Sequence record: KT184313.1
Source: Enterobacteria phage KhF1
DNA length: 64,000 nt
Strand: one strand, 5' to 3'
The position numbers and the translations under genes are program-made. Of the stretch, positions 28,808-38,221 are shown in pieces. The notes below the pieces were generated by a model. That model made no database searches and was not told the DNA's origin. It saw only the letters and a list, made by a program, of their open reading frames with translations. How positions within the stretch are numbered: position 1 is the stretch's first letter; each line of letters starts with the position of its first letter.

Positions 28808-29206
28808 TTACTGAGAAGTTAGGCTTTTGAAAATGCTTGCTTCGAAAAAACTTCCGAAGTTTGCCTCCAGCGCAAATGCTAAGTAATCAATAAACTCACC
28901 GTAGTTTGCTTGGAAGTACGTATCAATATTAAGTGGGAAGTCGTCAACAGTTGCCCCTTGAAATAATAAGGTAGCCATCTCTTCAAGGTTAATTTCTTCA
29001 ATTCTGTCAAAACAAGCTTCAACAAGCTCTTTAAATGGAACCATTGGAGCTTCCTTCTTACCCTTGTCAGTCAGACTTGATAGCATCTGTGCAAAGGTTG
29101 GAACAACAATTTTACCCAACTTCATAGACATCTTAATACCATCTCTTGCCCCAAGCAGAACGATATTTACTTTCTTACCATTAATTACTCTAGATTCTGT
29201 TTTCAT
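28808..29206 (-). CDS. tail assembly chaperone
   Basis: Position between tube and tape measure. Confidence 0.45.
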   Translation of the reverse strand: MKTESRVINGKKVNIVLLGARDGIKMSMKLGKIVVPTFAQMLSSLTDKGKKEAPMVPFKELVEACFDRIEEINLEEMATLLFQGATVDDFPLNIDTYFQANYGEFIDYLAFALEANFGSFFEASIFKSLTSQ

Positions 29207-29227
29207 TGTGATTCCTTAATACTTTTA

Positions 29228-29270
29228 AAAGAAACAAAAAAGGGGAAGACCTTTTAAAGTCTCCCCCTTA
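29228..29270 (-). terminator. rho-independent terminator after tail tube gene
   Basis: GGGGAGAC...GTCTTCCCC hairpin followed by TTTTTTGTTTCTTTT on minus strand. Confidence 0.55.
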
Positions 29271-29279
29271 TAGGATTTA

Positions 29280-29726
29280 TTAAACACTTGACGCTGGAAT
29301 TGTAGAAGTGTAGTCTAGCTTCTCACAACCAAAAATCCAAGTTTTAGAGTTCTGGTCACGACCAAGTTCAATCTGTGGTAATTCCTGCAACCAAGCATTA
29401 ATACCAGTTGCCAGAACAGAGCCTGATGGGTCGTAGATTACGAAGTTAGAAGAGATATCTTCTTCAAGTTCCATATTGTCTTGTTTAGCTTGAATTGCAG
29501 AAAGCATCTGGTTAGAGAGAGAAGTCTGCATTAACTCAATCTCAATAGTACCTGTCTTGTCTGCATTTCTTGTCAGAGCAACCTGACCACCTGCACCAAC
29601 AACTGGTGTCACAAGTGGTGATGTTCTCTGTAGACGCAAGAATGAGTCTGGGGCAAAGCCTTCAATGGCAATACCATTCCAGCTACATACAACGTCTTTA
29701 GGGGAATATTGCTGATACATAGCCAT
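29280..29726 (-). CDS. tail tube protein
   Basis: 148 aa directly downstream of sheath gene. Confidence 0.6.
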   Translation of the reverse strand: MAMYQQYSPKDVVCSWNGIAIEGFAPDSFLRLQRTSPLVTPVVGAGGQVALTRNADKTGTIEIELMQTSLSNQMLSAIQAKQDNMELEEDISSNFVIYDPSGSVLATGINAWLQELPQIELGRDQNSKTWIFGCEKLDYTSTIPASSV

Positions 29727-29741
29727 TCCAATTTACCTCTA

Positions 29742-31094
29742 TTATTCGTAAGCCACTGTACCTTTCAAGTCAACAGCCAAGATAGCCCCTGCTAAGATAC
29801 CTGCGAAGGTAACGTCTTTCAGGATACGTGCTTTCTTGTCTGCCAAAGCAACTTGAGAGGCTTTAGGAACATTAACTGTGTAAGATGACAGGAAGTTTCT
29901 GTTGACTGCTCTTTGCAGAGAGGTTTCAATGACTTGACGAATACGGGTAATACCAGTATCATCATAAGTAATCTTACCACCCTTCTGGTTAATTAGCAAG
30001 TCTCTCAGAGAAGTTTTCAGGTCTGATTCTAACCAGTCAACACCACGGACGATATCAATCCATTCCCCACCAGAAGTAATCCCTCTACGAACCACTGGAA
30101 CACCACCATCAAGGTCAATAAAGTTACAGTGACGTACATCTAAAGCAGACTTCTGAATACTTGTCAGAGGTCTCTGATTAGATGGTTGTAGAGAAGCTGC
30201 TACGCCAGTTAGCTGAGCATTACCCCAAGCAATTGAGCCTGCATCATATGGAGCACCATAAGCAATGTATGCCATCTCTGGATAATCTTCTGCTGCTGCG
30301 TGATGCCACAAGCAAACTGTACGAGTGTACATATTCTTAGCAAGCTGTGCTGGAACATCATTTGCACTGGCTAATTCTGTACCTTGTAGGGCTGTTACAT
30401 CGGAGTTAGCCGTAAAGAAGATTTTCTTACGAGCCTGAATCTCAGAAGCCATTGCTAAGACAAACTGTTGCGTTCTGTCTTCTGCTGCAATGAAATACCA
30501 GTCAGTAGAGTAAGCTTCGATAGCTGCCAGAGCAGTTGCTGCTGTATCGGCAGTTGTACTTGCAATATATACAGTCTGTGCTGTGGTTGTTACTTTCACA
30601 AAGTCATTATCACCAGCTTTGGTAATAATCATTGTGGCAGAGCCATTGCTACCAGTTACATTCACAGAAACCTTATCTTTGATTGTTGGGTCAGCTTCAA
30701 TCTGTGTTTTAAACTGTTGCAACACTACCTCAGCAGTGTCTGAATCTTGTGCTGTGTACTGGTATGGTTGAGAAATTCCACCGCCAGCAGCTACAGTAAT
30801 TGAGTAGTCTGTACTTTCGGTAACGGCATCAGGAATTGATACAGTGTACTGCATAGCACGTCTACCAATATAAAGCTGAGTTACTTTAGGAGTCTGACTC
30901 CAAAGTTGTTTAGCAGCCTTATATGCAGCAGAGTTTTCATCGAAATCTTCAGCAACTTCAGTTAAGGAAGTGTAACCACGTACTCTTTCTTCAAAATTAT
31001 CTGTTGAAGCTAAGAATAGTGGCAAACCAAAACCTTCTCTTGTAGTTCCTGCGGTGTTCAATGTAATATCTACATTAACAATTGGATTCCACAT
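29742..31094 (-). CDS. tail sheath protein
   Basis: 450 aa upstream of tube; implies contractile tail. Confidence 0.65.
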   Translation of the reverse strand: MWNPIVNVDITLNTAGTTREGFGLPLFLASTDNFEERVRGYTSLTEVAEDFDENSAAYKAAKQLWSQTPKVTQLYIGRRAMQYTVSIPDAVTESTDYSITVAAGGGISQPYQYTAQDSDTAEVVLQQFKTQIEADPTIKDKVSVNVTGSNGSATMIITKAGDNDFVKVTTTAQTVYIASTTADTAATALAAIEAYSTDWYFIAAEDRTQQFVLAMASEIQARKKIFFTANSDVTALQGTELASANDVPAQLAKNMYTRTVCLWHHAAAEDYPEMAYIAYGAPYDAGSIAWGNAQLTGVAASLQPSNQRPLTSIQKSALDVRHCNFIDLDGGVPVVRRGITSGGEWIDIVRGVDWLESDLKTSLRDLLINQKGGKITYDDTGITRIRQVIETSLQRAVNRNFLSSYTVNVPKASQVALADKKARILKDVTFAGILAGAILAVDLKGTVAYE

Positions 31095-31694
31095 TTATTT
31101 TACCCCTTTGGAGTCTACATCTAGATGGATAGTATATTCTGGTGGCTCTTGTCCTTCTTCATAAACCAACTCACCATCAACAATGACACGCTCAATAATA
31201 CTTCCACGTTCATCCTTCAGGACTGAGTTTTTTACAAGAGTTACAACAAGAGGTGCAGAATTTTCGAAATCTGTATTGAGATAAGTATAGTCATTCGGGA
31301 TAGCTCCAGTGTCCAGTACTGTAGCTCCTGTTTCTTCAAGGATTAAATCTCTGACTGAACTCATCTCTAGTCGTTGTTTAAGCTCAAGCATAATACTGTG
31401 AGCACCTTTACCATTCACCGTAATTAATACAGGAATCTGAAAAGCAATTCTGTAGCAAACTACATCATCCTCAACAAACTTATCAAGAACCCAACCATAA
31501 GGTGTTGCAGCATCTTGACAATATACGGTAATAAATGGCTGGTCAGGTTTTAAACCTTTGTCATTTGAGTTATCAGAAGGGTAAGCTCTAATTACATTTG
31601 GTCTATTATTCTTATCACGAGCTAGTCTGTGACCAATAACATCCACTAAGGTTCTAACTAGACCTTTTTCAAGTTCTGCTGTTTCTAACTGCAT
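31095..31694 (-). CDS. head-tail joining or tail completion protein
   Basis: Synteny between capsid and sheath. Confidence 0.35.
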   Translation of the reverse strand: MQLETAELEKGLVRTLVDVIGHRLARDKNNRPNVIRAYPSDNSNDKGLKPDQPFITVYCQDAATPYGWVLDKFVEDDVVCYRIAFQIPVLITVNGKGAHSIMLELKQRLEMSSVRDLILEETGATVLDTGAIPNDYTYLNTDFENSAPLVVTLVKNSVLKDERGSIIERVIVDGELVYEEGQEPPEYTIHLDVDSKGVK

Positions 31695-32070
31695 TCATTT
31701 TATCCCTTCTAATAATGATATATTCATAATGGGACGTATGGGCTAATTGCTGTGACCAATCCATAGTCATAAATACTTCATACTCATGACCATCAATCAT
31801 AACAATGTCAGACTCATTCCACTCTACATCATCTGAAGTTCTAAGTTTATATGTGGTATACAGGATTCTTGTATCGGTAAGCCTAATACCTTCCGGTAAA
31901 GCAATCTGTGTACCATTCTTTACAGAACCTTTGATATATGGCTGGATATTACCTTTACAGTTAACCTCTACAACATCTTGTGAAGCTACCCAATCACCAT
32001 CATCATTATAATAACCGTCTTCAGAGACTTTACGCTTTACTACAAAGCTGTGTCTGTTTAAGAGTCTCAT
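31669..32070 (-). CDS. head-tail joining protein
   Basis: Synteny. Confidence 0.35.
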   Translation of the reverse strand: MRLLNRHSFVVKRKVSEDGYYNDDGDWVASQDVVEVNCKGNIQPYIKGSVKNGTQIALPEGIRLTDTRILYTTYKLRTSDDVEWNESDIVMIDGHEYEVFMTMDWSQQLAHTSHYEYIIIRRDKMNAVRNSRT

Positions 32071-32549
32071 TTCTTAATACCCTTCTTAGTAGAAATTTTA
32101 TAAGCAAGGTTATCTCTTAAGTCACCTGTCTCAACAAGAGGTGCATTAAAGCCTTTTTTCTTGACTGTGGAAGGTGCGTTAGGAGGGAGGATAGCAGAAT
32201 TACCAAAACCCCTTTTAATTGCCTTTTGAGCATTCTTTGCAAATGCTTCTAAGGTATTTGAAGGGTCTGTGTTGAGACTGCTAAGTTGCTTATATAGATT
32301 CTTCTTAGTCTGCTCTAACAAGGTCTGTTTGTTTAGCATCATAGTGATTTCAAACAACCTACGATATACTTTACCAGAAGCTGAAGGAACCCCAATAACT
32401 TCTTGTAAATACATTAAAGCAGGATAAGAAAAACCAGAGCTATGTTGACCTTGTTCTTGAAAATACCCAACTTGAGCATTAGCCGTTTGCAAGTTCTTCA
32501 TAGCCCCGACTAATTTTGCTCTAGCGGGGTGAATAACCCTTTTAACCAT
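32067..32549 (-). CDS. head-tail joining protein
   Basis: Synteny. Confidence 0.35.
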   Translation of the reverse strand: MVKRVIHPARAKLVGAMKNLQTANAQVGYFQEQGQHSSGFSYPALMYLQEVIGVPSASGKVYRRLFEITMMLNKQTLLEQTKKNLYKQLSSLNTDPSNTLEAFAKNAQKAIKRGFGNSAILPPNAPSTVKKKGFNAPLVETGDLRDNLAYKISTKKGIKK

Positions 32550-32998
32550 TATTCATCTCGCTCGATAATAAATACGCCATTAACACGGTTGCAGTAATCT
32601 CTGCCTTCGTATCTGGCAGCATCACCATATTCTGTGTATTTCTTGACAGAGCAAGGATTATGACGACGCATGTCAATATCACACTGATTAATACCACCTG
32701 CATAGGGTAGTCCTGAAACAGAGCTTTTAACAAGGTCGTCATAAACAGCTTTCAGAGATTTGAATCTGGAAGAGTTACGTAAGTAAACACCACCAACTTT
32801 CTCATCTCCCATCTTGGCTACTTGAAAGAGTAAATATTTAAGAGCTTTGATGGCTGCTTTCTTTTCATCCTTTCCAGATTCTAGGTAGAACCACTCTAGC
32901 ACAGACTGTTCAATAAGAATTTCGTCATTATTGGTGTCTGTGCAGAGGATTCTTACTCTATCAAGAGGGTTATTGGCTGGGTCGCCTGTATAACACAT
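32549..32998 (-). CDS. head completion / connector protein
   Basis: Synteny. Confidence 0.35.
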   Translation of the reverse strand: MCYTGDPANNPLDRVRILCTDTNNDEILIEQSVLEWFYLESGKDEKKAAIKALKYLLFQVAKMGDEKVGGVYLRNSSRFKSLKAVYDDLVKSSVSGLPYAGGINQCDIDMRRHNPCSVKKYTEYGDAARYEGRDYCNRVNGVFIIERDE

Positions 32999-33019
32999 TC
33001 ATAACCCTCCTTAAGAATA

Positions 33020-34126
33020 TTATTCGCCTTTAGCGTCAGCACGAACATCTACCAGCAACTGAGGACGAGTACAGTATGGCAGCATGTAAGAGTGGGCTTC
33101 GAAGTCAATACCTTCGTCACGGTCTTTTTCGTATTCAAATACGTACAGTTCCTGACCAAGTGTATTTGCATAACCCATCTTAGGACATGGGCCATATGCC
33201 ACTTCGAAGATGTTGTTAGCTTCACCCAGCATAGATACGTTAGGGAAAGCATGACCAACACCAACGGTGTCTGCTACGCTGTCAATGCTCACCAGAGTGT
33301 GAACCTTACCACGCTTGTCTTTGAACTTGCCGTTGTACTGGACAAACTTCACACCACCGTAGTAGAAAGTGTTCATGTGAGCCTGAACTCCGTCAGTACC
33401 ACCAGTTCTCAGAGAACCAGTAATCTGTTGCCAAGCCAGTGGAGTCTGCTGTGCAAGATAAGCGTCACGAATCTTAGGATGCTTGGTCAGTTTGCTGAAG
33501 AATACACGGTCAACAACTACGTGAATTTCTTCACCGTTGATTACAGTGCCAGTCTTAGCTTCGTCTTCCATGTGCATACGCAGTTCTTCAATAGAAGCGT
33601 CAATGTCAGCATTAGGGTTGTCAAGGTCGAAGTAAACAGTCTTCTTCTCAACGTCGAACTGCTTGTACAGGTCAGCATACAGAGTACCACGAGCATCAAC
33701 AACTTTACCCTTCAGAGCTTGCATAAACAAGAACTCACGAGTAATATCGAACTTGGTACGAATCTTCATCAGCTTCTTAGCACGTACTACAGCTTCAGTA
33801 GTCAGTTCGTTTGCAGTGCCTGGCTGACGTACACCCTGAATCTCATCAGGAGTAATGCTTTCAACTTCTTTGAAGTACATCATTGGGAAGCTGATTTGAC
33901 GAACACGCTCAGGTGCGCTAGTCTCTGCTTTACGGCTATCACGGTCTACCGCATCAAGCAAGCTAACATCCCAATCAGTCAAGTCCATAAGGAAAGTAGT
34001 TTGGGTGATTGGTGCTGAACGGAACAGACCTAAGTTGGAAATATACCCATAAGTATTTGGGATAGACTGGACTTCACCAGTCAGGTCAGCAAGGAAAAAT
34101 CTGCTTTTTTCAGAATTAGTCAACAT
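33020..34126 (-). CDS. major capsid protein (lambda gpE-like size class)
   Basis: 368 aa, follows decoration and protease genes; strong SD. Confidence 0.75.
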   Translation of the reverse strand: MLTNSEKSRFFLADLTGEVQSIPNTYGYISNLGLFRSAPITQTTFLMDLTDWDVSLLDAVDRDSRKAETSAPERVRQISFPMMYFKEVESITPDEIQGVRQPGTANELTTEAVVRAKKLMKIRTKFDITREFLFMQALKGKVVDARGTLYADLYKQFDVEKKTVYFDLDNPNADIDASIEELRMHMEDEAKTGTVINGEEIHVVVDRVFFSKLTKHPKIRDAYLAQQTPLAWQQITGSLRTGGTDGVQAHMNTFYYGGVKFVQYNGKFKDKRGKVHTLVSIDSVADTVGVGHAFPNVSMLGEANNIFEVAYGPCPKMGYANTLGQELYVFEYEKDRDEGIDFEAHSYMLPYCTRPQLLVDVRADAKGE

Positions 34127-34159
34127 TGTAAAATTCTCCAGAATGTCTTATTATTGTTA

Positions 34160-34537
34160 TTACAGGCCAGTTGGTACGAAATCAATACCTTTAGCAGCCA
34201 GAGCTGTCTTGACTGCATCAGCATCAACACCTGATTCAAGAGTAAGCAGGTCTTTTAGTTCTGCGTCACGGGAAATACCAACCACTTTCAACTGACCGTG
34301 GTAAGACAGTTGCAGGTCTGCATAAAAGTTAACGATACATACAGAATCAGCCTGAGCTTCTTCTCCTGCTGCAACTTTAGTACCATCTGCTTTCAGAACT
34401 TCACCTACACGGTATTCTGTTGAAGCAACTGGGGTGTACTCTTTACGAGAGTGGCCTGTTGGGGTAACCTGTTCCCAAAGAATGATATCATTCAGAGGTT
34501 CTCTTTTACCTAACTTAGTAAAACCTTGATATGCCAT
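34160..34537 (-). CDS. head decoration protein (lambda gpD-like position)
   Basis: 125 aa between protease and capsid genes. Confidence 0.5.
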   Translation of the reverse strand: MAYQGFTKLGKREPLNDIILWEQVTPTGHSRKEYTPVASTEYRVGEVLKADGTKVAAGEEAQADSVCIVNFYADLQLSYHGQLKVVGISRDAELKDLLTLESGVDADAVKTALAAKGIDFVPTGL

Positions 34538-34548
34538 TATTGTGTTCC

Positions 34549-35895
34549 TTATTTGATAAGAGATTTTAGAGCATTCTGGAGAGCCAGTTTGCGTTGTTCA
34601 GCGGTGTCTTCGGAAGCATTCTTAGCTGGTTCTTTTTCTTCTTCAACCAAATCAGCTTCGCCGTCATTACCCATTTCTTCCATAGCATTAGAATGTTCAA
34701 GAACAGCACCAGCAGTTTCTTTCAGCTTGGTAATTTCTGATTCTTTTTCTTCCATTGCAGAAGCATGGGACGCGATAGTTTCATTAAGTTTCTGGTTAGC
34801 ACCTTCCATAGCATTCATAAACAGAACGCTCAGAGGGTTATCAAGACCAGCACCTAAAATAGTCGTTGCAGCTTCTTTTGCATCAAACCCAAAAGCTTCA
34901 GCAGAAGCAGAAATCTTATTAGTCAAATCTGACAAAGCAGCTTCCTGTTCTTTAGCTTTCATTTGAGCAACCTGAAGACGCAAAGCTTCTAGTTCTTGCT
35001 TTTCTTGTTCAGTCATTTCTTCACCTGAATTGTTAACGTTTAAACTTACAGGAGCCTCTTCAGAACCTTGTAAGTAATTTAAGAAATCATCTTGAGACAT
35101 GATTGAGTTAATTAAACCAAGTTCAAGAGCTTCCTGAGCAGAATAAACATTCGCCTCAGTATTCTTTACAGCTTCTTCAGAGAGATTACGAGATTCTGCT
35201 ACAAAACCTGTAAAGGTTGCGTAGGTATCATTAATTCTCTTTTGAAGTCTTTCTTTGCTTTCTTCTGAGAGTGCTTGGAATGGTGAACCCATCCCTTTAA
35301 ATTCACCAGCTTTAATGACGTTAATTGTTACGCCATTCTTTTCAAATGCCTTAGTTAATTCCTGATGAACCATAATTACACCAATAGAACCAACATCTGC
35401 ATCTGGTGATGCAATAATTTCTTCAGCAGAAGATGCAAGAGCGTATGCAGCGGAACAAGCGAACTCATCTACATAAGCAATAATTTTCTTTTGGCCTCTT
35501 GAAGCCATAATGTGACGTGCTAATTCAAAGCAACCTGAAGCTTCACCACCACCAGAATCGATGTGCAGAACAATAGTCTTGATTGACTCATCTGCTAAAG
35601 CTTCGTCAAAGCCTCTACGCAAACCTTCATAAGAGCTTAATCCACCTGTACACATTGCATCAATGAATGTCATACGATGGGTTAAACCACCCATAATAGG
35701 AATAATAGCAATGTCATCTTTTACTTTTAAAAGACTTCTTGCTTCACCTTTGGGTTTATCAAAGTTTACTGCTGCTTGGACATCACCCAGCAATCTGTTA
35801 TTCACATAAGTTGCTGCTGAGTGAGCTAATGATTCAGTGGCTAGTAAAGGTTGGTTGAATAATCTATCAGCAAGTCTGAAGATATTCGAACTCAT
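34549..35895 (-). CDS. prohead protease (S49/ClpP-like) fused to scaffold-like coiled-coil domain
   Basis: S49 peptidase-like N-terminal half (VLHIDSGGGEASG, DEFACSAAYALAS); acidic coiled-coil C-terminal half. Confidence 0.75.
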   Translation of the reverse strand: MSSNIFRLADRLFNQPLLATESLAHSAATYVNNRLLGDVQAAVNFDKPKGEARSLLKVKDDIAIIPIMGGLTHRMTFIDAMCTGGLSSYEGLRRGFDEALADESIKTIVLHIDSGGGEASGCFELARHIMASRGQKKIIAYVDEFACSAAYALASSAEEIIASPDADVGSIGVIMVHQELTKAFEKNGVTINVIKAGEFKGMGSPFQALSEESKERLQKRINDTYATFTGFVAESRNLSEEAVKNTEANVYSAQEALELGLINSIMSQDDFLNYLQGSEEAPVSLNVNNSGEEMTEQEKQELEALRLQVAQMKAKEQEAALSDLTNKISASAEAFGFDAKEAATTILGAGLDNPLSVLFMNAMEGANQKLNETIASHASAMEEKESEITKLKETAGAVLEHSNAMEEMGNDGEADLVEEEKEPAKNASEDTAEQRKLALQNALKSLIK

Positions 35896-35906
35896 TTTTA
35901 CTCACC

Positions 35907-36239
35907 CTATTTGTTTAAATCTACAGAGACTGAAGAGATAACATAGATACCTTCTTCAGCGAAGAATTGAGGTTTGCTAAGAGCACCAGTTGCCACGCAT
36001 TTATCGTTAGCATCCCACAAGCTATAGTGTGAGACCGTTGCAGAAGCTGGGACAGTAATATTAACTGTGTCTTCTGAGGCAATTAAGCCATTATCCGGTT
36101 CAGAAAAATAAATAGCCACTGGCTGAGTAACCTTATTTGCTGTAGGGTCTGCCGTTGGGTCTACATTGTGTAAAATAATAGTCGTTGGGGTTAGCGTGGC
36201 GAGGATTTTATTCTTACCATCAATAGTTAATGTTCCCAT
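35907..36239 (-). CDS. hypothetical protein
   Basis: ORF track, 110 aa. Confidence 0.4.
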   Translation of the reverse strand: MGTLTIDGKNKILATLTPTTIILHNVDPTADPTANKVTQPVAIYFSEPDNGLIASEDTVNITVPASATVSHYSLWDANDKCVATGALSKPQFFAEEGIYVISSVSVDLNK

Positions 36240-36739
36240 TAATTAAACCTTACTTTTTGTTTAAGGACTGTTGAATGGTTACCAGATTCATCTACCACAT
36301 TTACAATCATATCATATACTTTGCCTTTGACAAGTACTTTGTAATCATTTTGTGAAAAAATGTATTCAAGTCTGTTTGTTTCTTTATTAACTGTCATTGG
36401 AGATTGAAATGCAGTGTCGAGGGTAATGAAAGCGGCTTCAATGCTATTAACATTGATACGTTTATTCTCGCAGTTATATAACTTTACACCCAAAAGGCAT
36501 GAACTGTCAAATGGAATTTTAACAATTTCACTACAATTTCCTAAAATAAACGGTTTTCCACTCATTGGTGCATCAAGTAACCTGCAAATAGTGAAAACGT
36601 CAGAGGTTCCACCATCACTTACATAACCTGAAAGGCTGACCCTTGAGCCAGCCTCTACAGATAATTTGTCAGTGATAATAAGAACACCTCTATACGAATG
36701 CACTCGTGTAGCATTTGAAATAGAGATAACTTCAGCCAT
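36239..36739 (-). CDS. hypothetical protein
   Basis: ORF track, 166 aa. Confidence 0.4.
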   Translation of the reverse strand: MAEVISISNATRVHSYRGVLIITDKLSVEAGSRVSLSGYVSDGGTSDVFTICRLLDAPMSGKPFILGNCSEIVKIPFDSSCLLGVKLYNCENKRINVNSIEAAFITLDTAFQSPMTVNKETNRLEYIFSQNDYKVLVKGKVYDMIVNVVDESGNHSTVLKQKVRFN

Positions 36740-38214
36740 TATTTATTTGCCTTATTTGCTGTGCTTGGGTCTTTCGCTGAAGGTGTCTTTGCAGTGCCTT
36801 CCCCAGCGGTCTTATAACCATCTCCTGAACGGCTTTGGCTATTTGGAGAAAGCTTTTCAGATACTGGTTGAGACTCATCAGCAGGAGGAAGACCAATATG
36901 CTCTCTAAGCTTGTTAGATAGCTCTTTGTCAACTTCCAAAGCACCTACTGCAACAGTCTTCTGGATATAAGAACCAATTGCTTCAAGGTCTGGAGTTTCG
37001 ATATCATCATATGTGATTTGTACATGTTCTTCATCATCCCACATATTAAGAGCATAAGTCTGTGCAACTAAATCACGGTTAATTACGTTCTTAATTTGCT
37101 TCAGCAGAATATCTACTGACATTGCTAGTAAGCTTGTCTTAGAATCTGCAAGAGAGAATGAACCATATTTTGACTGACCCATAGCAAGAACATCTGACAT
37201 AAATGCCATCATAATCTGCTTGGAATATCTGTCAATAATAGAACCTGTATCGTATGCTTTAGCACCCTGTCTAGAAACTAATGAGAACTCGAAAATATCC
37301 TCTTTAGTATCTGGGTCGATATATCTAGGCCAGATTAAACCTGCTCTATCATTAGCAATCATATCGTTAACAACAGTTTTGCAGTATTGTACGAAAGCTT
37401 TCTTTTCAGGTTCTGCATTTTCATCCAGATAATCTGGTGGTAAACCAATCTTTGGCATACCTACCAAGTCTCTTGAAACACCAACAGCTTCGTACTCTTC
37501 AATCTGAACTTTATACTTCCACGGTACATAGGCATTAAGTAATGGTGAACGACCTTCTGGGTTTCCATATTCATCATCATACTTAAACAGCATGAATTTA
37601 GCTCGTGGAAGTTTTCTTGTTAGCGGTCTTTCTCCAAGATTAATTGCTCCAGCAATATGTGAAACATTTCTCAGATTCTGTCTGACACCAGTAACTTTTC
37701 TAAAGTCTTCGTCAAAATACCACTTATCAAGTGTTGATTGGTTTCTGATTGGTAATTTAGCCCATCCAATTAGACCATCATCAAATTTTGACTGGTACTT
37801 TCCTTTTTTACCCTGTCGCTTCTTATAAACTTTCTCGTTAACACAGAACCCATAAGTGCAGAATGACATTACAGAATTAATAAAATCTGCCCAATCATGC
37901 TCCATGTCATCCATTAAAGAATTAAAGAAGTCTGCTCTTTCAAGCATTTTAGGGTCTTGCTCTTTTCCCTTTGGAGGTACGAATCTCCAGTTGACTTTTC
38001 TGACAAACATCTTAATAATATTTACAGATGCTGCTACAGCAGGGTCACGCATCATTAATTGGAAAGTTTTAATACTTTCAGGGAACCTTAGTGCCTGACG
38101 AGGTTCTTCATAGATTCTTCCATTCTTAACCTTCAGACCCAAAGAACCTACTTCACCCATTCTAAATGGTGGTAAGCTTTCTTGTGTTTCTGTAATATCT
38201 GCCATTCTTCTCAC
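36739..38214 (-). CDS. portal protein
   Basis: 491 aa directly downstream of large terminase. Confidence 0.7.
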   Translation of the reverse strand: MRRMADITETQESLPPFRMGEVGSLGLKVKNGRIYEEPRQALRFPESIKTFQLMMRDPAVAASVNIIKMFVRKVNWRFVPPKGKEQDPKMLERADFFNSLMDDMEHDWADFINSVMSFCTYGFCVNEKVYKKRQGKKGKYQSKFDDGLIGWAKLPIRNQSTLDKWYFDEDFRKVTGVRQNLRNVSHIAGAINLGERPLTRKLPRAKFMLFKYDDEYGNPEGRSPLLNAYVPWKYKVQIEEYEAVGVSRDLVGMPKIGLPPDYLDENAEPEKKAFVQYCKTVVNDMIANDRAGLIWPRYIDPDTKEDIFEFSLVSRQGAKAYDTGSIIDRYSKQIMMAFMSDVLAMGQSKYGSFSLADSKTSLLAMSVDILLKQIKNVINRDLVAQTYALNMWDDEEHVQITYDDIETPDLEAIGSYIQKTVAVGALEVDKELSNKLREHIGLPPADESQPVSEKLSPNSQSRSGDGYKTAGEGTAKTPSAKDPSTANKANK

Positions 38215-38221
38215 CTAGCTA

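Noticed and set aside
29207-29279. Possible small gene in the sheath-tube to chaperone gap
   Set aside because: No ORF; the gap contains a hairpin with T-run that is better explained as a terminator after the tube gene.
33092-34018. 308-aa plus-strand ORF
   Set aside because: Entirely antisense to the major capsid gene, which has the better start context and synteny.
34526-34966. 146-aa plus-strand ORF
   Set aside because: Antisense to the S49 protease gene; Ser/Ala-rich composition typical of a shadow frame.
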